From assembly GCA_963663225.1 (NCBI GenBank), contig OY760142.1:1280001-1344000 (forward strand): a DNA stretch of 64,000 nt, in the 5' to 3' direction. The stretch is from Nitrospirota bacterium (GTDB taxonomy: Bacteria > Nitrospirota > UBA9217). Under the pieces are notes generated by a model. The model saw only the letters and a program-made list of their open reading frames with translations, had not been told where the DNA came from and searched no databases. The number at the start of each line of letters is the position of its first letter. The stretch's first letter is position 1. Made by a program: the position numbers and the translations under genes. Positions 18,771 through 28,780 of the stretch are shown one piece after another.

Positions 18771-19487
18771 ATGAAAAAAATACTATTCGCAGACGATGTT
18801 AAAAATTTTTGCATAGAACAAAGCAGTTTTTTAACGCGGTCTGGCATTACGGTTTTTACGGCCTCCTCGAATGATGACATACTCAGTATCCATACGAGAG
18901 AAAAACTGGACCTCATTGTGTCAAAACTCGACATGCCGGGGCTTTCGAGTGAGGAGTTATTCCATAGTATAAAACAACGCGGGGATTTACAGAAGGTTTC
19001 GACCATTCTTCTCTGCAAGGACACTCCGATGCACAGGGCTCGATGCAACGAATGCAGAGCCAGCGCAGTCCTTAGTTTGCCGGTCGATTTTGAGCAGCTT
19101 CAGGCAACAATGCTGCACCTTTTGAACATTGCGCCGAGACAATCATACCGGGCCGCGCTCAAAGTCACTGTTGAGGGGAAATTCAAAAACAAGCCTTTTC
19201 TATACCGGATGGACAATATTAGTACCACCGGGATGCTTATTACGGCAGAAGTAAAACCAGAGGAAAGGCTTGCCCAGGGCGACCAGCTGGCACTTTCATT
19301 CTGCCTTCCCGAAGGAACTCATATCTATGCCCGGGGAAAAGTGGAACGGATTATTCCGCAGTCGCTTGCAGCAAATGTCTGCCTATATGGACTTAAATTT
19401 GACGAGCTTACCTCAAACGTCCAGTCGGAAATTGCAGCTTTTATCAGCAAAGAGCAGGACAATAAACGTACGTTCAACAGGGACTAG
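18771..19487 (+). CDS. Pseudo-receiver plus PilZ domain protein
   Basis: Receiver fold with phospho-Asp replaced (LIVSKLDMPG); PilZ RQSYR and NISTTG motifs, YGLKF. Confidence 0.8.
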   Translation: MKKILFADDVKNFCIEQSSFLTRSGITVFTASSNDDILSIHTREKLDLIVSKLDMPGLSSEELFHSIKQRGDLQKVSTILLCKDTPMHRARCNECRASAVLSLPVDFEQLQATMLHLLNIAPRQSYRAALKVTVEGKFKNKPFLYRMDNISTTGMLITAEVKPEERLAQGDQLALSFCLPEGTHIYARGKVERIIPQSLAANVCLYGLKFDELTSNVQSEIAAFISKEQDNKRTFNRD

Positions 19488-19622
19488 AATCTTTTCCGGA
19501 ACGTGGACGTCCGCTTCCGGCAGATTTTGAATACTTGCAAGGACGGATGCCAATACGGCAGGGAACATATGTTGCAGCAGTCAAGATAACACAAAATAAT
19601 TAATATAACAAAGGAGAGTTGC

Positions 19623-19880
19623 ATGGAAAAACGATGTGTCATTGGTATCCGGATAAAAAACCGGGAAGAAAATGCTTCTGAGTTGCAGAAGGTGCTGACG
19701 GAATGCGGTTGTTACATTAAAACAAGACTGGGGCTTCACGATGGGGATGGCCAGACCTGCTCACCGTCCGGTCTCATTCTTCTGGAAATTGTCGGGGATG
19801 AAAAAGTCTACGACCAAGTCGAAAAAAAGTTGAAAGCAGTCAAAAACGCGCAGGTTCAGAAGATGGTTTTTGAGGCGTAA
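19623..19880 (+). CDS. Small ACT-like protein (TM1266 / iron-only hydrogenase regulator-like family)
   Basis: LQKVLTECGCYIKTRLGLHD...CSPSGLILLE; strong AAGGAG RBS. Confidence 0.6.
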   Translation: MEKRCVIGIRIKNREENASELQKVLTECGCYIKTRLGLHDGDGQTCSPSGLILLEIVGDEKVYDQVEKKLKAVKNAQVQKMVFEA

Positions 19881-19918
19881 CCAGGTATCTCCGGCAACGC
19901 AACGGTCCAGCCAAAGGG

Positions 19919-21493
19919 TTATTTCCGCACCACCGTCCTTTTTTTCCAGTTTTTTCCTTTCCGCGGAAAATCGCTGCGGAAATGCGCACCCACGCTCCCT
20001 TCGCGGAGCAGAGCGGAGCGGGTAATCAGTTGCGCGGTGCAGACCATGTTCTTGAGTTCGAAAAGCCTTCTTTCGGGCGAACAGTTGCGCAGAACCAGGT
20101 CCCATTCACGAAGCTGTTTTAATGCACTTTGCAAATCCTTCTTGGTGCGGATAATACCTGCATTGCTCCACATGAGTTTTTGCAGTGCCGTGCGAATCGA
20201 AGGGATATTCAGGTTCGAGGCAGAAACGCATGTACCGTGAGCGCGGCGGGGGGGGGTGCGCAAGGCCGGGCCTTTTTGGCCGCTCTTGGCCCGCGCATAC
20301 CGTGCGGCAGCCTGGCCGGCGCGGGCTCCGAAGACCAGTCCTTCAAGCAAAGAATTGCTTGCCAGTCGGTTTGCGCCATGCACACCCGTGCAAGCGGCCT
20401 CTCCGGCCGCAAAAAGTCCCGGAACATTCGTGGCACCCCAAAGATCGGTTTTTATGCCGCCCATAATAAAGTGTGAAGCAGGAGAGACCGGGATGGGATC
20501 GCTGGCAATGTCGATGCCGAACTCTTTGCAGGTTGAATAAATCCGGGGGAAACGGCGGACAAGAAACTGCGTAGGCAACTGTGTCATATCAAGAAAAACA
20601 TGGTTGGATTGTGTTGAAACCAGTTCCGATTGGATAGCCCGGGCAACGACATCACGCGGGGCGAGTTCCCGGAGCGGATGGTAGCGGTCCATGAATTTTT
20701 TGCCGTAAATGTTTCTCAGTATGCCGCCTTCCCCGCGCATGGCCTCCGACAAAAGAAACGGCGGGGCGCCTTTGCAATACAGCGCCGTCGGGTGGAACTG
20801 GACAAACTCCATGTCCATAAGCATTGCGCCGGCACGATACGCCATTGCCATGCCGTCTCCGGTCGCCACCTCCGGATTTGTGGTGCGTTCATACAGATGG
20901 CCTGCTCCTCCGGTAGCGAGCAGAACGGCCCGGGCAGAAATATTAAGAAGCGTTTTCGATGGTTGCCGGCAGACGACGGCGCCGATACAGGTGCCGTTTT
21001 TTACAAAAAGGTCCCGGGTAAATGCAAAATCGATTTCCGAAATGGTGACCGCGGAGCGTATATGTTCGCTTAATGTCCGGACGATCTCGCGTCCTGTTGA
21101 GTCCCCCTGCGCGTGCAGCACCCTGTTTCTGGAATGAGCCGCCTCCCGGGTAAAGGAAAGTTTTGTGCCCTCCCGGTCAAAACCTGCTCCCCAGCGAATG
21201 AGCTCCCGAATCCGTGCCGGTCCTTCCTCCACGAGTGTGTGCACGGCCTTGTGCAGACAAAGGCCGTCACCTGCCTTGATAGTATCTTCAAAATGAATAG
21301 AAATTCGATCCTCGTCCGAGAGCGCGACAGCCACGCCGCCCTGGGCATATTGCGAACTGCTTTCTGACGGCGCGTCTTTGGTCACAATCAGAACCTCGCC
21401 GTGCTGTGCAAGTTCGATAGCAGCACGAAGGCCCGCCACCCCGCCGCCGATGATCAGAAAGTCGGTTGATATATATTCGGTAGTAAAACTCAT
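19919..21493 (-). CDS. nadB: L-aspartate oxidase
   Basis: GGGVAGL FAD motif, AQGGVA, QFHPT, SEAMRGEG, TGVHGANRLASNSLLEG. Confidence 0.95.
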   Translation of the reverse strand: MSFTTEYISTDFLIIGGGVAGLRAAIELAQHGEVLIVTKDAPSESSSQYAQGGVAVALSDEDRISIHFEDTIKAGDGLCLHKAVHTLVEEGPARIRELIRWGAGFDREGTKLSFTREAAHSRNRVLHAQGDSTGREIVRTLSEHIRSAVTISEIDFAFTRDLFVKNGTCIGAVVCRQPSKTLLNISARAVLLATGGAGHLYERTTNPEVATGDGMAMAYRAGAMLMDMEFVQFHPTALYCKGAPPFLLSEAMRGEGGILRNIYGKKFMDRYHPLRELAPRDVVARAIQSELVSTQSNHVFLDMTQLPTQFLVRRFPRIYSTCKEFGIDIASDPIPVSPASHFIMGGIKTDLWGATNVPGLFAAGEAACTGVHGANRLASNSLLEGLVFGARAGQAAARYARAKSGQKGPALRTPPRRAHGTCVSASNLNIPSIRTALQKLMWSNAGIIRTKKDLQSALKQLREWDLVLRNCSPERRLFELKNMVCTAQLITRSALLREGSVGAHFRSDFPRKGKNWKKRTVVRK

Positions 21494-21532
21494 ATCTGCA
21501 GTATCATAAGGGTCATGGAATTTGCACCGGCA

Positions 21533-22000
21533 CTATTGCTTAACGGGATTTTCGACCGGGATAAACGGGTTTTTTCCGTCAATGGCAACCAGTTTGAACG
21601 CGTCAGGGTTGAACGAGAACGTAACGCGGCCTCCGCCTTTGCTCGTTATTCCTGTCGAGGTGGTCCATTCTGCGTCCCAGTTGGACAACACTTTGATCTG
21701 CCCTTTGTCCTGGATCATGATAAGCATTTTTGTGTACTGAATGTTAAATCGAATGGACTCATACTTTGCAAACACGTCAGCGAGCGATTGTGAGAATTTA
21801 TTGCGCTCCGGATAATCTTGAGAAATATTTGACAGAAAGGAATCAAGGTTCTTGGTCTCGTATGCATGGGTCATGTCCTTGAGAACCGAGAGAACATTCT
21901 TGCTTTGGACTGCCGACCGCTCCAATGTTTTTTTACCGCTACAAGCTGCAGCTGCAATGAGAAGTATAAGAATGAGAATAGCTGACAGGAAACGGTTCAT
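21533..22000 (-). CDS. Hypothetical lipoprotein (possible NTF2-like fold)
   Basis: Hydrophobic signal ending AAAC; GGAGG RBS before ATG at 22000. Confidence 0.65.
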   Translation of the reverse strand: MNRFLSAILILILLIAAAACSGKKTLERSAVQSKNVLSVLKDMTHAYETKNLDSFLSNISQDYPERNKFSQSLADVFAKYESIRFNIQYTKMLIMIQDKGQIKVLSNWDAEWTTSTGITSKGGGRVTFSFNPDAFKLVAIDGKNPFIPVENPVKQ

Positions 22001-22052
22001 ACAACCCTCCACACAAATTCGTTAAGGTATGGTGCCACCGGGGAAATACCTG

Positions 22053-24899
22053 TTAACGTTCAGCCAGAATATAGGGATTCTCCGGGCGTTGATAGGTATT
22101 GCCCGAGATGAGCTGTTTCAAAAACTGTCCGGTATACGATGCTTTTACTCGTGCAACGTCTTCGGGTGTTCCTTCGGCCACGATAAGACCTCCCTGGTCC
22201 CCGCCTTCAGGGCCGAGATCGATAATCCAGTCGGCCGTTTTAATCACATCGAGATTGTGCTCGATCACTACAACGGAATTCCCCGATACTACCAGCTGGT
22301 TCAGCATGTCCAGTAATTTTTGGGTATCGGCAAAATGAAGGCCTGTTGTCGGCTCATCCAAAATATAAAGCGTCCGTCCCGTAGCCCGACGGGAAAGTTC
22401 TTTTGAAAGTTTAACGCGCTGTGATTCTCCTCCTGAGAGGGTGGTGGCGGACTGCCCTAATGTTATATAACCGAGGCCCACATCGAGAAGCGTTTGCAGT
22501 TTAGAGCGGACCGGCGGGACGTTTTGAAAAAACTCAAAGGCCTGTTCCACGGTCATGGCAAGGACTTCGGCAATATTTTTGCCTTTATAACGGATATCCA
22601 GGGTTTCACGGTTGTACCGGCTGCCGTGGCAAGCGTCGCAGGTAACGTACACATCCGGAAGAAAGTGCATTTCAATTTTAATGAGTCCGTCGCCTTCGCA
22701 GGCCTCACATCTGCCGCCCTTGACATTAAAGCTATAACGGCCCGGTTTGTATCCCCGCACCCTCGATTCCGGAAGCTGAGCGAAAAGGTCGCGGATCGGA
22801 CCGAACACGCCGGTGTAGGTCGCCGGGTTTGAACGCGGTGTCCGGCCAATGGGGGACTGGTCGATGTCGATTACTTTGTCGATGTGCTCAAGTCCTGTTA
22901 TGTCTTTGTGTTTTCCAGCACGCTGCGTGGACCGGTAAAGCCTTTGCGCGAGAGCGCGGAACAGGATATCCACGACCAGCGTGCTCTTCCCGGAACCCGA
23001 CACGCCGGTCACACAGGTAAAAACACCGATCGGGAACTTCACGCTGATATTTCTCAGATTATTTTCGGTTGCGCCAATGACATTGATGCATTTCTCGAAC
23101 TTTCTGCGCATTGCTGGCGGCGTGATGAATGCCTTGCCCGAAAGATACTGTCCGGTGAGTGATTGCTCGGTGTTTTGAATTTCTTCTGGTGAGCCTTGTG
23201 CCACAATTCTTCCGCCGTGCACTCCGGCGCCCGGGCCCATATCGATAACATGGTCGGCGGAGCGGATGGTTTCCTCATCGTGCTCCACTACTAAAACGGT
23301 GTTTCCGAGATTGCGAAGGCGCATTAATGTGTCGAGAAGACGGCGGTTATCGCGCTGATGCAATCCGATGCTCGGCTCATCGAGGATATACAGTACGCCC
23401 ACAAGAGACGAGCCGATCTGGGTGGCAAGCCTGATGCGCTGGCCCTCGCCGCCGGAGAGTGTTGCCGAACCGCGGTCTAGGGTCAGATAATTCAGGCCGA
23501 CATGCACCATGAAGCCAAGACGTTCCCGGATCTCTTTTAATATGCGCTGGGCGATGGCGGTTTCTTTTTCCGTAAGTGCGAGATTGGTAAAAAAAGCAAG
23601 AGCCTGCGTGATGCTCATTCGAGTCACGTCGTGGATATTTTTGCCTGCGACCTTGATCGCCAGAGATTCTTTGCGCAGCCTGCTGCCGTTGCAGTCGGGA
23701 CATGTCTGGTAGCTCATGTACTGCTCCAGCTCCCATTGGGTGGCGAAAGAATCGGTTTCATCATAGCGGCGTTTCAGGAGCGGCAAAATGCCTTCGAACG
23801 ATTTGCAGGACGATGAACGTGCGGATACCGGTTTGGCGGAGTCCTCCCTGTTTCCATGTAGAAGTACCTTTTGGTGGTAGGGCTTCAGGTTTTTGAATGG
23901 TGTATTTACGTCAAAACCGCAACTGCTGGCAATGGATTCGAGCATCTGAAAATACTGAAACGAAGTGCGTTTGGCCCAGGGTTTGACGGCGCCCTCACGA
24001 AGTGAAAGATTCGCATTCGGTACGATCAAGTCCGGATCGAATTCGAGCAAACCGCCGAGTCCGTCACAGGTGGGGCAAGCGCCCTGAGGGTTGTTGAAAG
24101 AAAAAACCTGGGGCGTCAGTTCCGGATAGCTGATGCCGTCGGTAATGCAGGCAAGTTTTTCACTGTATAAAAGGTCCTTTTTCTGATCAACCAGGTTGAT
24201 GAGGACGATGCCGTCCGCCAGGCGAAGTGCCGTTTCAACAGACTCGGCAAGGCGGCGCTCTATGCCGGCTTTGACAACGAGGCGGTCTATCATGATCTCG
24301 ATGTTGTGCTTCTTTTTTTTATCCACGGCAATGTATTCGCCGAGCTCATGGACAATACCATCTATGCGCGCACGCACATAGCCGGAGGCCGCAGCGGCCA
24401 TGAGTTCCTTCTTGTATTCGCCTTTTCTGCCGCGCACAATGGGAGCTAAAATCTGAATGCGCGTATCACCCGGCAGCGACATGACCGCGTCGGTAATCTG
24501 CTGGACCGTTTGCGCCGCGATTTCCTTGCCGCATTTATAGCAGTAGGGTTTGCCGATGCGTGCGAAAAGCAGACGGAGGTAATCGTAGATTTCGGTCACC
24601 GTTCCGACTGTGGAGCGGGGGTTTTTGCTCGTTGTTTTCTGTTCAATGGCAATGGCAGGAGAGAGCCCGTCAATGGAGTCAACATCGGGCTTGTCCATCT
24701 GGCCGAGAAACTGCCGGGCATAGGCGGAAAGGCTTTCCACGTAGCGGCGTTGCCCTTCGGCGTAAATGGTATCGAAGGCGAGAGACGACTTGCCTGACCC
24801 GGACAGGCCGGTGATCACGACGAGCTTGTCCCGCGGAATTTCGAGATCGATATTTTTCAGATTATGCTGGCGGCAGCCTTTTATAATGATTTTATCCAT
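22053..24899 (-). CDS. uvrA: Excinuclease ABC subunit A
   Basis: Two GxSGSGKS Walker A motifs, LSGGE signatures, zinc fingers. Confidence 0.98.
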   Translation of the reverse strand: MDKIIIKGCRQHNLKNIDLEIPRDKLVVITGLSGSGKSSLAFDTIYAEGQRRYVESLSAYARQFLGQMDKPDVDSIDGLSPAIAIEQKTTSKNPRSTVGTVTEIYDYLRLLFARIGKPYCYKCGKEIAAQTVQQITDAVMSLPGDTRIQILAPIVRGRKGEYKKELMAAAASGYVRARIDGIVHELGEYIAVDKKKKHNIEIMIDRLVVKAGIERRLAESVETALRLADGIVLINLVDQKKDLLYSEKLACITDGISYPELTPQVFSFNNPQGACPTCDGLGGLLEFDPDLIVPNANLSLREGAVKPWAKRTSFQYFQMLESIASSCGFDVNTPFKNLKPYHQKVLLHGNREDSAKPVSARSSSCKSFEGILPLLKRRYDETDSFATQWELEQYMSYQTCPDCNGSRLRKESLAIKVAGKNIHDVTRMSITQALAFFTNLALTEKETAIAQRILKEIRERLGFMVHVGLNYLTLDRGSATLSGGEGQRIRLATQIGSSLVGVLYILDEPSIGLHQRDNRRLLDTLMRLRNLGNTVLVVEHDEETIRSADHVIDMGPGAGVHGGRIVAQGSPEEIQNTEQSLTGQYLSGKAFITPPAMRRKFEKCINVIGATENNLRNISVKFPIGVFTCVTGVSGSGKSTLVVDILFRALAQRLYRSTQRAGKHKDITGLEHIDKVIDIDQSPIGRTPRSNPATYTGVFGPIRDLFAQLPESRVRGYKPGRYSFNVKGGRCEACEGDGLIKIEMHFLPDVYVTCDACHGSRYNRETLDIRYKGKNIAEVLAMTVEQAFEFFQNVPPVRSKLQTLLDVGLGYITLGQSATTLSGGESQRVKLSKELSRRATGRTLYILDEPTTGLHFADTQKLLDMLNQLVVSGNSVVVIEHNLDVIKTADWIIDLGPEGGDQGGLIVAEGTPEDVARVKASYTGQFLKQLISGNTYQRPENPYILAER

Positions 24900-25039
24900 A
24901 TAATTTGCAGAAGCGGTAAAACGCTATTGTACCACCGCGATATTCCGGAGTAAAGCTGTTTATACAGGCAGGCGTACTGCAGTATTCGGGGTGGTGTGCA
25001 TACTCGTCTTTCCAGCTGAAGCAAACGTCACCGGTCCGT

Positions 25040-26662
25040 TTAGCAGATTTGCTTGTAGAAATCATTACCTTTATCATCAACCAGCATAAATGCGGGGAAA
25101 TCAACAACATCGATTTTCCATACAGCCTCCATCCCCAGCTCCGGGTAATCTATACATTCGACGCTTTTGATATTTTCTTCCGCAAGAAGCGCCGCGGGCC
25201 CCCCGATTGAGCCAAGATAAAAACCGCCGTATTTTTTGCAGGCATCAGCCACCTGCTGGCTCCGGTTTCCTTTTGCAATCATGATCAGCGAACCACCAAG
25301 AGATTGGAGCTGTTCGACATAGGAATCCATACGGCCGGCCGTTGTCGGTCCGAAAGAGCCGGAAGCTCTTCCCGGCGGTGTTTTTGCCGGACCCGCATAA
25401 TAAATGGGATGGTGCTTCAGATATTCAGGGATTCCCTTTCCCTGGTCGATGCGTTCTTTGAATTTGGCATGAGCAATGTCGCGGCCCACAATAATCGTGC
25501 CGCTCAGTGAAAGCTCGGTTGTAACAGGATATTTGGACAGGTCTGACAGCACTTCCCGTATGGGACGGTTCAGATTGATCTTTACCCCTCTGTTGTGCGC
25601 GCCGCGATACGTATCCGGAATCAGCCGACCGGGGTTGCGCTCCAATTCTTCGAGCCAGATTCCGTCTTTGTCGATTTTTGCTTTAATGTTTCGATCCGCC
25701 GAGCAGGAAACGGCCATTCCCACCGGACACGAAGCTCCGTGCCGGGGCAAACGGACGACACGCACATCGAGTGCGAAATATTTGCCGCCAAACTGGGCGC
25801 CGAAGCCGATTTTGTATGCCGCATCAATCAGCTTTTTTTCGAGCGTTATATCGCGAAAAGCCTGTCCTGAGCGATTTCCCGCGGTTGGAAGGCCATCCAG
25901 GTATTTGGTTGATGCGAGTTTTGCCGTCTTAAGACAAGCATCCGCCGAAGTGCCTCCAATGACAAAAGCAATATGGTAAGGCGGGCAGGCGGCGGTACCG
26001 AGACCCTTCATCTTTTCCACAAGAAAAGCTTCTAGTGATGACGGGTTCAGGAGTGCCTTGGTTTCCTGATACAGCATGGTTTTGTTGGCCGAACCGCCAC
26101 CCTTTGCCAGAAATAAAAAATTATAGGACATGCCGTCAACGGCCTGGATGTCGATTTGCGGCGGCATGTTGTTTCCGGAGTTGATTTCTTCATACATGCT
26201 GAGTGCAACGGTTTGGGAATAGCGCAAACTCTCTTCTGCATATGTTTTCAGGATACCCCGGGCAAGAAACCCCTCATCGTTTGCACCGGTCCAGACCTGT
26301 TGCCCTTTTTTGGCGATCACCGTTGCCGTGCCGGTGTCCTGACAAAAGGGAAGCTCAAACTTTGCCGCCACCTCGGCGTTGCGCAGCAGGGCAATTGCTA
26401 CGCCACGATCGTTCGGTGAAGCTTCCGCGTCAGAAAGTATCGCGGCTATTTGTTCGAGATGATCGCGCCGAAGAAGGAAAGATACGTCCCGCATGGCCTG
26501 ATTTGCAAGGAACACAAGCCCTTCAGGGTCAAGCTTCAGCATTTCCCTTCCCTCAAAGGACACCACAGAAACATAATCCTTGGAAAGAAGACGGTACTTG
26601 GTTTTATCCGGTCCGAGAGGACATGGATCAGGGTATGTAAATTCAGAATTCTTTGCTGGCAT
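25040..26662 (-). CDS. Class I (Fe-S) fumarate hydratase
   Basis: [38 protein letters not shown]. Confidence 0.95.
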   Translation of the reverse strand: MPAKNSEFTYPDPCPLGPDKTKYRLLSKDYVSVVSFEGREMLKLDPEGLVFLANQAMRDVSFLLRRDHLEQIAAILSDAEASPNDRGVAIALLRNAEVAAKFELPFCQDTGTATVIAKKGQQVWTGANDEGFLARGILKTYAEESLRYSQTVALSMYEEINSGNNMPPQIDIQAVDGMSYNFLFLAKGGGSANKTMLYQETKALLNPSSLEAFLVEKMKGLGTAACPPYHIAFVIGGTSADACLKTAKLASTKYLDGLPTAGNRSGQAFRDITLEKKLIDAAYKIGFGAQFGGKYFALDVRVVRLPRHGASCPVGMAVSCSADRNIKAKIDKDGIWLEELERNPGRLIPDTYRGAHNRGVKINLNRPIREVLSDLSKYPVTTELSLSGTIIVGRDIAHAKFKERIDQGKGIPEYLKHHPIYYAGPAKTPPGRASGSFGPTTAGRMDSYVEQLQSLGGSLIMIAKGNRSQQVADACKKYGGFYLGSIGGPAALLAEENIKSVECIDYPELGMEAVWKIDVVDFPAFMLVDDKGNDFYKQIC

Positions 26663-26974
26663 GGTAATCCTCTCTTTTTTTCACGAAGAGACAATACGTT
26701 TCGTTAACGACAGCTATTCTTCGGCATCTAAGTTTATACTCTTTTCTTGATGCTGCTACAAGATGTTTATAAATCAGTTCAAACAGAGATGAATTTTCAA
26801 TCAGGTTTATTACCTTGATTATAAATCATAATTAAACTTATAACACATTAATCTTATTGGAAATAAAGAAGAAAAAAAGTACTTTAAAAGTTCTCATAAT
26901 TTTTGTTATATGACATCCTGTGCAGAGCTCTCTCCAAATTGCGTGTATTAAAAAGGAATATAAAATAACCGGTT

Positions 26975-26990
26975 TGGCATGCTCCTTGCT
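26975..26990 (+). promoter_or_regulatory. Putative sigma54 -24/-12 promoter
   Basis: TGGCAT-GCTCC-TTGCT fits TGGCAC-N5-TTGCW; AT-rich DNA upstream. Confidence 0.6.
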
Positions 26991-27089
26991 CTATATAGAA
27001 AAATTAACCGAAGCAAATATGCATATATCGTCAGCGTGTTTCAGTGCGCCTCATAAACACGCAGAAGCGCATGCGTACGGACAAAAATC

Positions 27090-27118
27090 TTGACAATAGT
27101 TTTTTGTTGTGTTAGGTT
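27090..27118 (+). promoter_or_regulatory. sigma70-type promoter of the atp operon
   Basis: TTGACA-N17-TAGGTT with extended TG. Confidence 0.6.
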
Positions 27119-27190
27119 GCATAAATTTCGAGTTTTTTAGCTTGATTGTCGCAAAACGTTGTTTTACCCCTGCCAAAGGCGGTTGCAACC

Positions 27191-27616
27191 ATGTTGGACA
27201 TTGACAGCACATTTATTATACAGCTCGTAAATTTTCTTGTCGTACTAGTTGCACTTCATTATATTCTCTTTAAGCCCATCAGGCAAATCATCAGGGAGCG
27301 TGGGGAAAAGATCAGCACCGCGCTCGGCGATGCAAAGACTGCACAAGACCGCATGCAGTCCCTCCTTGAACAATACAATTCCTTACTCGACGGCTCAAAA
27401 CAGAAAGCGACCGCAGCGTATAATGCGCTGTATCAGCAGGGGCTGGACATCCAGAGAGAGCTTATTGCCGCGGAACGTGCAAAAGCCGCTGAGTTGCTGG
27501 ACAAGGCACGGACGGAAATTGCGACGCTGTCTTCCTCTGCCAGGGCCGATCTGAAAAAGGAAGCAGAAAAGCTGTCGCAGGACATTACCTCCAAACTGCT
27601 CGGAAGGGCGGTATAG
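27191..27616 (+). CDS. ATP synthase Fo subunit b'
   Basis: FIIQLVNFLVV...LFKPI...ER; TM plus coiled coil; precedes atpF. Confidence 0.85.
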   Translation: MLDIDSTFIIQLVNFLVVLVALHYILFKPIRQIIRERGEKISTALGDAKTAQDRMQSLLEQYNSLLDGSKQKATAAYNALYQQGLDIQRELIAAERAKAAELLDKARTEIATLSSSARADLKKEAEKLSQDITSKLLGRAV

Positions 27617-27619
27617 TAA

Positions 27620-28204
27620 ATGAGACGCACAATAACAACAGGAATTTTACCGCTGGTTTCCGGATTCCTGGTGACGCTGATCGCTTTCGCAGGGGAGGCA
27701 AGCAGCGGCGCCCATGAGCAAGCGAGCTTCATGACGGACTGGTTTCCGAGAATCGTCAATTTTGCCATCCTTGCGGCCGTTGTCGTCTATTTTTTAAAAA
27801 AACCGATTCGGCAGTTCTTTAAAAACAGGTCAGCGGAAATTGCCAAGGCCATGCAGGAATCGCAGGCAGCCAGAGAGCGCACCCTTGCAGAACTTGCCGA
27901 GATGGAACAAAAGATGAAGGCTCTGGAGATTGAGACCGAAAGAATGATCTCGGAAGCCAAGGCGCGCGGAGAAAAGGACAAAGTGGAGCTTGTTGAAGAA
28001 GGTAAAAAGCTGGTCCGCGACATTCAGGGCCAGGTGCAGCAAGGAATAGACATAGAAGTTCGCAAGGCAAAGAACGCATTGGCGGTGGAGGCATCGCTTC
28101 TTTCCATCGATCTTGCGGAAGGCAGAATTAGGGATAAAATCAGCAGCAAGGACCATGACCGCATTGTAAAGGAATACATCTCCGAAGTGGGAGGCAAGGA
28201 TTGA
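27620..28204 (+). CDS. atpF: ATP synthase Fo subunit b
   Basis: RIVNFAIL...KKPIRQFFKNRS, with an N-terminal extension. Confidence 0.9.
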   Translation: MRRTITTGILPLVSGFLVTLIAFAGEASSGAHEQASFMTDWFPRIVNFAILAAVVVYFLKKPIRQFFKNRSAEIAKAMQESQAARERTLAELAEMEQKMKALEIETERMISEAKARGEKDKVELVEEGKKLVRDIQGQVQQGIDIEVRKAKNALAVEASLLSIDLAEGRIRDKISSKDHDRIVKEYISEVGGKD

Positions 28205-28737
28205 TCCGGACCATTGCAAAGAGATATGCGAAGGCGCTCATGGAGCTTGCTGAGGAGAGCAAGGCCGTTGAAAAAACCAAGGCAGACCTCGGGGTGTTCA
28301 TTGAGGCGGTTGACGCGCAGCCTGCAATGCGCAAACTTTTTGCGAGCCCGGTCTTTACTCCGGAAAATAAAAAGGCCGTTATCAATGAACTGGCAAAAAA
28401 GCTGAAACTGCAGCAGACCACGAAGCGTTTCATGGAATACCTGGCGGAATCGGGCAGAATAAGATATGTTGGGCATGTCTATGACGCTTTTTTGGAGCTG
28501 CTTGCCGAACGCCAGAACAGGGCGGCCGTGCAATTGACCACGGCGGCAGCCATAACCAAGCGCGATCTGACGGAGATTAGAAAGAAGCTTGAGGACTTGA
28601 CGGGAAAACAGGTTGATATCGACGTGCAGGTGGATGCTGAGCTGATCGGCGGTGCGAAGGCAAAAATCGGCAGCCTCATCTACGACGGGACGATCAAAAA
28701 TCAGATTGACAAGATGCGAAATCGTCTTTTGAATTAA
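28201..28737 (+). CDS. atpH: ATP synthase F1 delta
   Basis: IAKRYAKAL, LIGG...IGSLIYDGTI. Confidence 0.93.
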   Translation: MIRTIAKRYAKALMELAEESKAVEKTKADLGVFIEAVDAQPAMRKLFASPVFTPENKKAVINELAKKLKLQQTTKRFMEYLAESGRIRYVGHVYDAFLELLAERQNRAAVQLTTAAAITKRDLTEIRKKLEDLTGKQVDIDVQVDAELIGGAKAKIGSLIYDGTIKNQIDKMRNRLLN

Positions 28738-28780
28738 ACGTATTTTTCTGACTTCGGGATACTGACTTCAAAGGAGTTGA

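Noticed and set aside
20248-20256. G9 tract in nadB (also C8 in romR and A9 in a cheW gene) as phase-variation sites
   Set aside because: All ORFs are intact and the runs encode Pro or Lys stretches; no evidence of slippage without reads
26663-27145. AT-rich spacer as replication origin
   Set aside because: No DnaA-box cluster and no dnaA/dnaN/gidA context
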